From an uncultured Planctomycetales bacterium (lineage in GTDB: Bacteria; Planctomycetota; Phycisphaerae; UBA1845; PWPN01): 64,000 nucleotides of DNA. Below are positions 1 to 10,484 of this stretch, in pieces. Where the stretch lies: assembly GCA_964579675.1 (NCBI GenBank), contig CAZOIA010000002.1:5060-69059 (forward strand). The letters are read 5' to 3'. Both the position numbers and the translations under genes were made by a program. How positions within the stretch are numbered: the stretch's first letter is position 1; the number at the start of each line of letters is the position of its first letter. A model generated the notes under the pieces. That model did not search any database and had not been told where the DNA came from. It saw only the letters and a list, made by a program, of their open reading frames with translations.

Positions 1-93
1 AGTCGTCCAGACTGTCCTTGGGGCAGAGGACTTCAGGGTGGACAGACGACTTGCACGTTCGAGCGATCGAACGTGCTCGGTACACCAATGAAA

Positions 94-121
94 CGAGCCG
101 GCTCGGAGTTGAACCGGCTCG
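94..121 (-). terminator. Candidate hairpin terminator downstream of groEL
   Basis: Inverted repeat cgagccgg (94-101) / ccggctcg (114-121) gives an 8-bp GC-rich stem with a 12-nt loop. It begins 26 nt after the groEL stop. It is followed on the minus strand by only a weak T-run (TTTCATT). Confidence 0.25.
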
Positions 122-146
122 CGGGATTACAAGGTTCGGCCAGCGA

Positions 147-1784
<1,638 letters not shown>

Positions 1785-1871
1785 GAGTATTTCGCTCCCT
1801 ACAGTGGCAATGAGTTGTCCCGATCAATCGCGGTCGAATCCGCCCCAAGACGCCCCTCCGACAACCTCAGA

Positions 1872-2168
1872 TTATTCAATAACGGCAAGGATCTCGCTCT
1901 CGTCGATGATCAGCATCTCCTCGCCGTCGACCTTGATCTCGGTGCCGGCGTAGCTGCTGAAGAGCACCTCGTTGCCCTTTTTGACCTGCATCTCGCTGCG
2001 CTCCCCGGAGTCGAGGAGCTTCCCATCACCCACCGCGCGGACGATTCCCCGTTTGGGCTTCTCCTTGGCCGAGTCGGGCAGGACAATCCCGCCGGCGGTT
2101 TTCTCCTCCGCCTCAACCCGCTTGACCAGTACCTTCTCACCCAACGGACGGATCTTCAGCTTGGCCAT
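1872..2168 (-). CDS. groS: Co-chaperonin GroES (Cpn10)
   Basis: 98-aa [44 protein letters not shown]..., a typical Cpn10. AGGAG-type RBS (gaaaggagctgctgATG). Lies 87 nt upstream of groEL. Confidence 0.95.
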   Translation of the reverse strand: MAKLKIRPLGEKVLVKRVEAEEKTAGGIVLPDSAKEKPKRGIVRAVGDGKLLDSGERSEMQVKKGNEVLFSSYAGTEIKVDGEEMLIIDESEILAVIE

Positions 2169-2294
2169 CAGCAGCTCCTTTCAACAGTTGAGCCCAGAGC
2201 CTCGTTTCATTACTTACTTCCGTACACTGCACACTTGCGCCTAGCCGCCCGCCCTGGCGCGCGAACGGCCCACCACGCCATCCCCCGTCGAGAT

Positions 2295-2310
2295 AGCAAA
2301 GTGGATGCCA
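2295..2310 (-). promoter_or_regulatory. Sigma54-type -24/-12 promoter-like element upstream of groES
   Basis: The minus-strand sequence TGGCATCCACTTTGCT matches the consensus TGGCAC-N5-TTGCW at all specified positions but one. It lies ~125 nt upstream of the groES ATG. Motif match only. Confidence 0.3.
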
Positions 2311-2488
2311 GGCGCTCCCCGGACAGGCACGGGTCGTGTGGCAAGCTCCGTAACTGCATCTAAGGCAGCAGTTTACCGTCTGATCCGGTCAGACTCGCCC
2401 GGGACGGCGGCACCGGTCAGGCTGCCATAATCGGACGTTGGAGCCGCCCGGCTGTCAGAATGGCACGACGCGGGGCGAGCAAGTCTGG

Positions 2489-4171
2489 TCAGGATGGGCC
2501 GCGGTGGGGGCTGGCCGGCGTGAGGACGATGTCCTGCCGGGTAGGATGTGAGACCTGCCATTCCGCCCGGGTCGGGACCCGCCACAGTTCGACCGCGTGC
2601 TGAGGGTCGGTCAGGACCGCCCGCCCGAGGAGCCGGGCCCACAGCGTGCCGAGCCGGTCCCGCGGCGGCTCCTGCCGGGCCACCCGCTCGAACTCGGTGA
2701 GACACGCCATCGGGCGCCCCCGAAGGGTCAGATGATCGTGCTTCTGCCGCGAGGGCCCGAGGCGGTCGGACCTGGTGGCGATGACGTACGCGCCTGGGTA
2801 CCGGTCGATCCACTCGTCATCACTGGTCGGGCCGTGGGGCCAGATCATCTCGACCTGCGGGCAGTCCATCCAGTGCGGCAATCCGTGGAAGCGGTTGAAG
2901 GCAATGCCGGCGGCAACGAGGCGGGCGTTTCGGCCAAGAGTGTGCAGGTTATCAGCGATCAATCGATGGCCGGCGGCAAAGGTCCTGGCGTTGTACCAGC
3001 GCCCGGCCAGTTGATTCGGCCCGACCAGGGACAGGGCAATAGCGAGTATCCCTGCGAATGTCACCGCGCGTCGCGGCCAGGGGCCGGCCCGCCAGATCCG
3101 CCCGATCAAAAGGGCGGTCAGCAGGGCCATCCCGGGCAGGAGCGGGACGACGTAACGAGGCTGGTGGATCACCGGGCGGTAGCTGCTCAGGTCGGTGGAC
3201 CCGACGCTGAGATAGACCAGCGGCGGCACCACAACACAAAGCAACAGACTGGAGAGGGCGTTTCGTTTCACCAGACCGTAGACCACGCCCGCCAGCAGCA
3301 CCATTCCCATCGGTGCCAGAAGCGACCGTGGGTCCACCAGCCAACGCAGATAATCGGTCCACTCGAGCAGCAGGGTGGTGAGTGGCTGCTCGACGGGTGA
3401 GCCGAGGTAATGCTGCTGGGACCGAGACACGACGTGCAGGTGGAACCAGGGATCTGAAGTCCACTGCCACCAGAGCACTGCTTCAAAGCCGAGCCACAGT
3501 CCTGCCCCGAGGGCCAGGAAGCCCGCTCGTCTCCACGCCCACCCGTAACGTGCGGCGGACAGCAGCACGAACAGGATCAGGCCCGGGACAAACAGGGCAA
3601 CGGTTTCCTTGGCGTTGTAACCGGCGGCAATGAGCAGCCCGCCGGCCAGGCATCGCCAGGCGGCACGCGGCGTTCGACGTTCCAGCAGAGCGGCCGCTGC
3701 CAGGTAGACACCAGACCACCCCAGGGCAGTCGCCACCATTTCCGGCATCGCGGTGGAGGCGAGGACCACGTTGATCGGGACCAACCCAAACGCCAGCATC
3801 GCCACCAGCGACATCCGGGGATCGAGGTGCCGGCGCGCAAACGCCCGGAGGATCAGCAGGACACCCAGCGAGGCCGCCATCGAAGGCAGTACCATCGCCC
3901 ACGGCTTCTCGGGCAGGATCGCGACCGCCAGGTGAATCGTCTTCCAGAACGTGAACCGGGCGAAGAACTGGTTGGTGGGAAGGTTGTCCGGCAGTCGGCC
4001 CTCCTGCGTGAGCCAGACGATATTGAGATAGCCGACGTCGTCGGAGGACACCACACCGGTGAAGTAGACCAGTTGCAGCGCCACCACCAGAGTAATGGCG
4101 GCCAGGTCCCACCGCAGGGTACACGACAGCGAGACGGGCAATGATGCGGCGGGTGGGGCGTCGGTGCTCAA
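2489..4171 (-). CDS. Polytopic membrane glycosyltransferase, GT-C fold (PMT_2/ArnT-like, GT39/GT83-type)
   Basis: 560-aa ORF with many hydrophobic segments followed by a ~170-aa soluble C-terminal domain. An early acidic loop (SSDDVGYLN) resembles that of polyprenyl-P-sugar-dependent transferases. TTG start overlaps the upstream stop (TTGA). Family assigned by eye. Confidence 0.6.
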   Translation of the reverse strand: MSTDAPPAASLPVSLSCTLRWDLAAITLVVALQLVYFTGVVSSDDVGYLNIVWLTQEGRLPDNLPTNQFFARFTFWKTIHLAVAILPEKPWAMVLPSMAASLGVLLILRAFARRHLDPRMSLVAMLAFGLVPINVVLASTAMPEMVATALGWSGVYLAAAALLERRTPRAAWRCLAGGLLIAAGYNAKETVALFVPGLILFVLLSAARYGWAWRRAGFLALGAGLWLGFEAVLWWQWTSDPWFHLHVVSRSQQHYLGSPVEQPLTTLLLEWTDYLRWLVDPRSLLAPMGMVLLAGVVYGLVKRNALSSLLLCVVVPPLVYLSVGSTDLSSYRPVIHQPRYVVPLLPGMALLTALLIGRIWRAGPWPRRAVTFAGILAIALSLVGPNQLAGRWYNARTFAAGHRLIADNLHTLGRNARLVAAGIAFNRFHGLPHWMDCPQVEMIWPHGPTSDDEWIDRYPGAYVIATRSDRLGPSRQKHDHLTLRGRPMACLTEFERVARQEPPRDRLGTLWARLLGRAVLTDPQHAVELWRVPTRAEWQVSHPTRQDIVLTPASPHRGPS

Positions 4172-5085
4172 TCAACACCTTCCCGGGAAGCGCTCTCGTC
4201 CTGGGCGGATAGCCGCTCCACCGCGACCAGGCAACGGTAGCCGGCGTAGCGGCCCCATCGATTGAGGGCTCGGTCGATTCTCCACAGCAACCCGGTCGCG
4301 AAAGCCGGCACACGATTCTTCTGCCCGAACCCTCCACTCATGGGCCACAGGAGCGCACTGAAGCACTTGCGATAGGCAATGGATAATTGCGGAAAGAGCT
4401 TGCGGAACTGCGGCTCTTGTTCCCAGAAGATGGCCCGGGCGATTCCCTGGTCGCCGTCCCAGGGGTTGCCCGGATCGAGCACATGCTGATCCGCGCGGAC
4501 GTCCAGGGGACGAATGGAAAGCGTGGTCCGCTCGGGATGAAGGAATCTCAGCACGGGCCAGCTCAGCGGGCTGACAAACACGTCGAGCATCACCAGCCTC
4601 CCGCCCGGGGTCAGCACCCGGGCCGCCTCCGAGAGGAACCGACGCGGATAGGCCAGATGATGCAGAACGTCCACCATGATGACGTTGCCGACCGACCCGT
4701 CAGCCAGCGGCAACGTGCAGGCGTCGGCAGCAAAGTCGAGCCAGGGGAGGGATGCGACATCGCTGGCCAGCAGGTTCGGGAAGAAGGTCTTCGCTTCCCC
4801 CGGACCGCTGCCAAGTTCGATCATCGGTGCGTCCACGTCGGCCAACACCGTTCTGATCCGCGTAAACCAGTCGTGATAGATTCGGCGCAGGATCAGCTTG
4901 GCCCGCCAGATGGCGCGGTGCGTCGCGGCAATCGCTACGGCGTGACGCCGACTGGCCAGGACGTGCTCTTCGAGCGCGGGAGAGGCAGCGAGACAGTCCG
5001 GCATGACCGAGGACTCTTCCGCCGCTGCATCCGGAAGAACGGATTCAGCCGGCTCGCAGATCCGTGCTGAACAACTCGATGCCAT
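4168..5085 (-). CDS. Class I SAM-dependent methyltransferase
   Basis: Motif I MIELGSGPGEA, plus post-I and motif II-like NVIMVDVLHHL and GGRLVMLDV. ATG at 5085 (MASSCSAR...) was chosen because it lies 17 nt after the upstream stop. The ORF-track start 5289 would overlap the upstream gene. Confidence 0.7.
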   Translation of the reverse strand: MASSCSARICEPAESVLPDAAAEESSVMPDCLAASPALEEHVLASRRHAVAIAATHRAIWRAKLILRRIYHDWFTRIRTVLADVDAPMIELGSGPGEAKTFFPNLLASDVASLPWLDFAADACTLPLADGSVGNVIMVDVLHHLAYPRRFLSEAARVLTPGGRLVMLDVFVSPLSWPVLRFLHPERTTLSIRPLDVRADQHVLDPGNPWDGDQGIARAIFWEQEPQFRKLFPQLSIAYRKCFSALLWPMSGGFGQKNRVPAFATGLLWRIDRALNRWGRYAGYRCLVAVERLSAQDESASREGVD

Positions 5086-5102
5086 CGTCGCAACCCAGGC
5101 TT

Positions 5103-6602
5103 TCAGATCCAGCGCAACTTCCGCAGCGCGACCCCGCACATCTTCAGCATGACCCAGGCATTGCGGAACCGGTGGGTCATCTTGGTCGTTCCGGCGACCC
5201 GCTCGCGGTAATGCACGGGCATCTCGACGATCTTCAGATTGTTCTTGGCCGCCCCGAAGATCCAGTCGTAGTCGCCCCAGGCGTCGCAACTGCCGAGGTA
5301 CTCGCGGGCAGCCAGGATCTTGGGATAGTCGCGCCGCCAGATGACCTTGGTGCCGCAGAGCGTGTCGCGGACCCGCTGCTCCAGCAGCAGGCTGAACAGG
5401 CCGGCAAATACCTTGTTCCCGAGGATGTTCAGCGGACGCATCGCCTGGTCCTGCTGCGGATAGACCATGCGTGAGCCGTTGATGAACTCGCCCTTTGCGG
5501 TGCTGATGGCGTCGAAGAACGCCGGCAGTTCCTCGGGCATCACGGTCATGTCGGCGTCGAGGATCATGAAGACGTCACCGGTGGCGGCGGCAAAGCCGGC
5601 CCGGCAAGCGGCGCCCTTACCCTGTCCGGGGCCCTTGACCAGGCGGATGTTGCGATCCGGACGGCGTCGGATGGCCTCCTCCACGCGGGTGGCCGTGTCA
5701 TCCGTGCTCCGGTCATCGACAAGGATGATCTCGGTGCCCGTCCCCATCTCGGGGATGCGATCGACCAGGCCGCCAATGTTGTCATGCTCGTTCTTGCACG
5801 GGACAACCACCGAGCACGAGTGACTATGCGGCGATTCGACGGGCACCAGCGGGCGGGCCACCAGGTACGAGAGGAACCCGAGCTTGCGGAATCCGTAGAA
5901 CCTGCCAAGCACCGAGTTGAACAGCCAGTTGAGGCCGGGGACCCGGATCGGCAGGGGCATGGTGTGGCCCTTGCGGATCATCTCGTAGCTGCACAGGTGC
6001 AGCAGGCCGGCCAGGTCTCGCGCGGCCAGCCAGTTGGGGGACGGATTGTCCAGCCTGAGCCCGAGCCTGGCCGCCAGGCGGCAGATCGGCTCCCACAGGT
6101 AGTTGTACTGGACGATGATGACGCGGGTGTGGGCCGCGCAGCAGCGGTGGATCCGGCGCAGGGCCGTTGCGATGTCGGACATCTCGCCGATCACGTTGAC
6201 CAGCGTGATGTAGTCGTAGGGCCCCTCGGGGATGTCGGCCTGGTCGAGGAATTCGGCGAATCCGACGGCGAAGTCCAGATCCGGATGCCGCCGCCGGGCC
6301 AGCTCGACCATCGCCGGGCTGCAGTCAACGCCCACCCCGTGGCGAGGCTCCAGAGCTTCGAGCAGATCGCCGGTCCCGCAACCGATATCGAGCACCCGAG
6401 CACCCGGGGGCACGAAATGACGCACGAACCGTCTCAGGTAGTGCCGGAAGTACCGGAACCGCCGGTTCCAGTCGAGCTGGCGGTCACCGAGCCCATCGTA
6501 GAACTCACGGACGGCCTGGCGGCTGTCCTGGATGAATCGTTCATACGGACCGGGCGCCGGCGGCCGTGGCGGCTGAGCGGTTGCGGTAGAAAGCAGACTC
6601 AT
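5103..6602 (-). CDS. Fusion protein: N-terminal SAM methyltransferase + C-terminal GT2 glycosyltransferase (DPM1/ArnC-like polyprenyl-phosphate glycosyltransferase)
   Basis: N-terminal half carries [15 protein letters not shown] (methyltransferase motif I). C-terminal half carries [32 protein letters not shown] and [10 protein letters not shown] (GT2 DxD). Start at ATG 6602 ([10 protein letters not shown]) is uncertain because it overlaps the epimerase 3' end by ~60 nt. Confidence 0.75.
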   Translation of the reverse strand: MSLLSTATAQPPRPPAPGPYERFIQDSRQAVREFYDGLGDRQLDWNRRFRYFRHYLRRFVRHFVPPGARVLDIGCGTGDLLEALEPRHGVGVDCSPAMVELARRRHPDLDFAVGFAEFLDQADIPEGPYDYITLVNVIGEMSDIATALRRIHRCCAAHTRVIIVQYNYLWEPICRLAARLGLRLDNPSPNWLAARDLAGLLHLCSYEMIRKGHTMPLPIRVPGLNWLFNSVLGRFYGFRKLGFLSYLVARPLVPVESPHSHSCSVVVPCKNEHDNIGGLVDRIPEMGTGTEIILVDDRSTDDTATRVEEAIRRRPDRNIRLVKGPGQGKGAACRAGFAAATGDVFMILDADMTVMPEELPAFFDAISTAKGEFINGSRMVYPQQDQAMRPLNILGNKVFAGLFSLLLEQRVRDTLCGTKVIWRRDYPKILAAREYLGSCDAWGDYDWIFGAAKNNLKIVEMPVHYRERVAGTTKMTHRFRNAWVMLKMCGVALRKLRWI

Positions 6603-7662
6603 GCAAATGGTCTCCCCGCTGTGCCCACTCCGAACGCAGCATCTCCTCGAGGATGCCATCGAGCGTCCGCGAGACGTTCCAATCCGGATAATGCGAGCGG
6701 ATCTTCGCCAGGTTCGTGATGTAGCAAATGTGGTCGCCCGTGCGATTGACGGGCTGATAGTCGGTGGCGATCCTTCGGCCGGTCATTTCCTCCAGGCGGC
6801 TGATGCATTCGAGAACCGAAGCGCTGTTGTCGCGCCCGCCGCCGAGGTTGTACACCTCGCCCGGGCGCGGCGATCGGGCGAACGCGTGAGCGGCCCGAAC
6901 CACGTCGTATGCGTGCAACTGGTCCCGGACCTGTTTGCCCTTGTAGCCGATGATCGTGTACCGCTCGCCGCTGACGGCCACCCGGGCCAGGTAGTTCAGG
7001 AACCCGTGCAGCGGCACGCCCGAATGGCGAGAGCCGGTCAGACATCCACCCCTGAAGACACAGGTCGGCATCCCGTAGTACCGGCCGTACTCCTGCGTCA
7101 TGACGTCGGCCGCCACCTTGCTCGCCCCGAAGATGCTGTGCAGAGACTGGTCGATGCGACACGATTCGTCGATCCCGTCGCGGTCACCCGGGCGGGCGTA
7201 ATCGTACCGCGTGTCGCGTTCGACTAGCGGGAGTTCGTTGGGGGCGTCGCCGTAGACCTTGTTGGTGCTGAGCGTGATGAACGGCGCTTCCGGGCATGAG
7301 CGGCGTGCGGCTTCCAGCAGGTTCAGGGTGCCGACCGCGTTGACGTCGAAATCGTCGTATGGACGCTGCCGGGCGAGATCGTGCGATGGTTGGGCGGCAC
7401 AATGGACTATCAGGTCGAATCGTTCGCGGGAGAGCAGGAGCCCGATCGCCCGGCGGGCTCGGATATCAACGTTCTCGGGGTGGAAGTTCCGCGTATTGGC
7501 CTTGAGCCAGCCCAGGTTCCACGACGTATCCCCGGCCGGGCCGAAGAAGTCCCGCCGCATGTTGTTGTCCACGCCGACCACGCTCCAACCGAGGTCGTCG
7601 AAATAGAGCACCGCTTCGCTGCCGACGAGCCCACTGCTTCCGGTCACCAGTACCCGCTTCAT
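6541..7662 (-). CDS. NAD-dependent epimerase/dehydratase (extended SDR, CDP-tyvelose/paratose-epimerase-like)
   Basis: [18 protein letters not shown] Rossmann GxxGxxG motif, STNKVYG, then FGASK where YxxxK is expected. ATG at 7662. Confidence 0.85.
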   Translation of the reverse strand: MKRVLVTGSSGLVGSEAVLYFDDLGWSVVGVDNNMRRDFFGPAGDTSWNLGWLKANTRNFHPENVDIRARRAIGLLLSRERFDLIVHCAAQPSHDLARQRPYDDFDVNAVGTLNLLEAARRSCPEAPFITLSTNKVYGDAPNELPLVERDTRYDYARPGDRDGIDESCRIDQSLHSIFGASKVAADVMTQEYGRYYGMPTCVFRGGCLTGSRHSGVPLHGFLNYLARVAVSGERYTIIGYKGKQVRDQLHAYDVVRAAHAFARSPRPGEVYNLGGGRDNSASVLECISRLEEMTGRRIATDYQPVNRTGDHICYITNLAKIRSHYPDWNVSRTLDGILEEMLRSEWAQRGDHLHESAFYRNRSAATAAGARSV

Positions 7663-7979
7663 CGCTGAACTCCCGGATGCCGGAAAAAGGCAACGCCAGC
7701 CGCGACCGCTCGCCGCTTGCGCAATCGCGGGCTGGCGCAGTCCGCAAGGCACCCCCAACCTTTGGCAGAATCGTCGGAAGCCGCTTGCGACGACTTGAGT
7801 TAACGGACCTTGGGTTTCGCTTCTTCGGCGTGCGGGAGCCGGTGCCTGCGACGGGATGGTCCGATAGCCGACGGCTGGCGGCGCCGGCCCATCCGAGCCG
7901 GCCTCTGTGAGGCCGGTGCTCCTCCTGAGACAGACGTTCCGCCCTGGGCCAAACCCGCCAATTCAACCATGACGAATCA

Positions 7980-8981
7980 CTAGGGGGCGGGCACGGTGAC
8001 TTCGAGCCACTGCGTGGGCCCGGTGATCTTCACCCGGGCATCCGACAAGGCAGCTGGCAGCAGCACGACATTGCCCCGGCTGAATTCGACCGGCCCGACT
8101 CCCTGGTTCCAATCGATCAGGCCCCGGCCTTCAAGCACGATCCACACCACCGGGCTGCCGCAGGGGATCAGTGGCTGCGTCCCCTCGGCCGCGCGGACTT
8201 GATCAATGATGAACGAAGGGCAACTCACCAGCCGGCAGGCCGCCCTTGTCGAGGCGCCGGCGACCTGGGACCGCTCCTGCATCGGGGGCGGCGAGGGCAC
8301 CTCGAAGTCGATGCACTCGATGGCCTGACCGAGGTGGAGTTGCCGCGGCTCACCGGTAGTCGGCTCGATGCGTCCCCAATCGTACGTGCGATAAGTGACG
8401 TCGGAGGGGGTCTGGACCTCGGCCACCATGACGCCGGCCCCAAGCGCATGACACGTGCCGCTGGGCAGGTAATAGCAGTCGCCTGGCTTGACCGGCACCT
8501 TGCGCAGCACACCATCGACCCGGCCGGTCAGCATCGCCTCCCGGAACATCGCCGCGTCCACGCCCGCCTCGAGCCCGTGGTAGATGACGCCCCCGGGCTC
8601 GGTGGCAAGGATATACCACGCTTCGTGCTTGACGCGGACGCTCCCGCCGAGCCTGCGGGCAACCCTCTCGGTCGGATGGACCTGGACGCTGAGCGACTCG
8701 CGGGCGTCGAGGAACTTGATCAACAGCGGAAACCGGCCTTCAAAGAGCCCGACCCCGCCAATCAGGGCCGGGCCCCACTGCTGAACCAGTTCGGTGAGCG
8801 TCCTGCCCCGGGCCGGCCCAACCGCCACCCGCGAAGCGTCCTCCTCGAGGTCGGCCAGTTCCCACGATTCCCCAATCGTCTCCGCAGCAACGGGCGGGCG
8901 GGCGAAATGCGTGAAGATCCGCCGGCCGCCCCAGAGCTTGGGCTTGTAGATGGGCTCAAAGATGAGTGGGTGGACAACCAT
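7980..8981 (-). CDS. manA: Mannose-6-phosphate isomerase, class I
   Basis: MVVHPLIFEPIYKPKLWGGRRIF..., GESWELADL, SVQVHP and CYYLPSGTCHALGAG are typical type I PMI cupin motifs. Confidence 0.85.
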   Translation of the reverse strand: MVVHPLIFEPIYKPKLWGGRRIFTHFARPPVAAETIGESWELADLEEDASRVAVGPARGRTLTELVQQWGPALIGGVGLFEGRFPLLIKFLDARESLSVQVHPTERVARRLGGSVRVKHEAWYILATEPGGVIYHGLEAGVDAAMFREAMLTGRVDGVLRKVPVKPGDCYYLPSGTCHALGAGVMVAEVQTPSDVTYRTYDWGRIEPTTGEPRQLHLGQAIECIDFEVPSPPPMQERSQVAGASTRAACRLVSCPSFIIDQVRAAEGTQPLIPCGSPVVWIVLEGRGLIDWNQGVGPVEFSRGNVVLLPAALSDARVKITGPTQWLEVTVPAP

Positions 8982-9076
8982 CGTCGTCCCTCGCGATCAG
9001 GTCTCGGGTTGATCGGACACGAGGATTCTAAGGGCACAGGTATCGACGGGAAACAACGGCGGGCCACGGTTGGGAG

Positions 9077-9499
9077 TCAACCCGTCTTCCGGAAGCGTAG
9101 CGTCGTGTCCGGCGGCGCGGATTCGCGGCCGGCTGGCCTATCGGGTGACGTGGACGCCTGGCTCGCTACCGCCCGGATCGGGGTGGTCCTCACCTCCTCA
9201 TCAGCCAGGTCTTGCTCTGATGGGGGCTCGACCCTGGAGCTACCCCCACTGACCACGCGAGGCCTGTTTGCCAGGTGGTCCTCGTCCACCCCCTCATTCA
9301 GCCATTTCAGAATGTCCTCTTCGGTTGGCGGGCGGTTCTTCTCGACTTCGGTCGGCGGGCGGTTCTTCTCGACCTCAGCGACCCGAAAGGTGGTGTTACA
9401 CTTCACACAACGCGCTCGGTGCCCGATGCTGCGGGCGGACACCCGGTACTTGGCGTTGCACACGGGACACCGCGTCTTGATGGTTGCCTTCCCTGACAT
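9077..9499 (-). CDS. MJ0042-type zinc-ribbon protein with tandem VEKNRPPTE repeat
   Basis: RCPVCNAKYRVSARSIGHRARCVKCNTTFRV provides two CxxC pairs. This is followed by a low-complexity acidic/Pro-rich tail. The internal 27-nt direct duplication spans 9322-9375. Confidence 0.6.
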   Translation of the reverse strand: MSGKATIKTRCPVCNAKYRVSARSIGHRARCVKCNTTFRVAEVEKNRPPTEVEKNRPPTEEDILKWLNEGVDEDHLANRPRVVSGGSSRVEPPSEQDLADEEVRTTPIRAVASQASTSPDRPAGRESAPPDTTLRFRKTG

Positions 9500-9818
9500 C
9501 GTCAGGCTCCGGCCGCCTCTTACCCCCTTCCCGGCCTCCCAGATCCGCCGCGCGCGAGTGGCCGAAACGACGCTTGAACGCCGTCCTCGAGTGCGGCACC
9601 CACTACTGGATCAAGATCGGATAAGTCTTATGAGGCCGGTTGCTGCTGCTCACTCGCGGCAGCAATCATCTGATGATGCCGTCACTCAATTATAGGCATG
9701 TTGCGTGGCTCATTCCACCGCGTCTTGAAGTGAACTCGTGGCCGTCCATGCCCGCCATAGCCAACCGAAAGAAAGTGCTGACGCGGAACGTTTCGCCACG
9801 CTCAAACGCCTTATCCCA

Positions 9819-10484
9819 TCATTCGGAAAGAAACGGGTTGGACTTGCGTTCATTCCCGATCGTCGTTATGGGGCCGTGCCCGCCGTACACGACCGTCTCG
9901 TCCGCGAGCGTGAGAAGGTTCCCGCGGATGTTAGCGACCAACAAAGGGCCGTCAGAACCCGGGAAATCGGTCCTCCCAATACTGCCAGCGAACAACGCAT
10001 CGCCCGTGAAGACAACCCCCGCCTCCGGGCAATGCAGTGAGACACCCCCGGGTGAATGCCCCATCGTATCCAGCACCCGCCAGCTCAGCGGACCCAACCA
10101 CAATTGCATCCCCGGTTCAAGATCGATATCCGCGCGGGCGCGGACGGTGAAACCCACTCCAAACGGCCCGGACAGATTACGGTTCGCGTCGCCTAGCATC
10201 GGTTGCTCGGCTCGGGCCATGGCCACCTGTGCATCGGGGTGGGCATCGTGAACGATGTCGAGGCCGGCAATGTGGTCGGCGTGGCCATGCGTCAGCACGA
10301 TCTTCTCGATCCGGATGGCGTTGTCCGCGACGTAGGCCAAGAGGCGATCGACCTGAGGCGGGAAGCTCGGATCGATGATCCAGCCTACGCGGCCTCTGGC
10401 GTCATCCTCCGTAGATAGGACGAACGCATTCTCGCCAAACGTCCTCTCGACAAACGTTTCGATGGTCAAGGGCGTATCGCTCAA
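9819..10484 (-). CDS. MBL-fold metallo-hydrolase (glyoxalase II-like)
   Basis: VLTHGHADHIAGL (HxHxDH) and a later GHSPG motif. Proposed TTG start at 10484 overlaps the upstream TGA (TTGA) and is preceded by GAAAAGGA. The ORF-track start 10574 would overlap the upstream gene by 94 nt. Confidence 0.8.
   Translation of the reverse strand: MSDTPLTIETFVERTFGENAFVLSTEDDARGRVGWIIDPSFPPQVDRLLAYVADNAIRIEKIVLTHGHADHIAGLDIVHDAHPDAQVAMARAEQPMLGDANRNLSGPFGVGFTVRARADIDLEPGMQLWLGPLSWRVLDTMGHSPGGVSLHCPEAGVVFTGDALFAGSIGRTDFPGSDGPLLVANIRGNLLTLADETVVYGGHGPITTIGNERKSNPFLSE

Noticed and set aside
2169-2488. CIRCE (HrcA operator) or a sigma32 promoter upstream of groES.
   Set aside because: The best CIRCE-like stretch (atagcaaag-N9-ggcgctccc) matches the first half-site TTAGCACTC at only 5 of 9 positions and the second half-site hardly at all. 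CTTGCCA-N16-CCGGGGAG is a poor fit to the sigma32 consensus.
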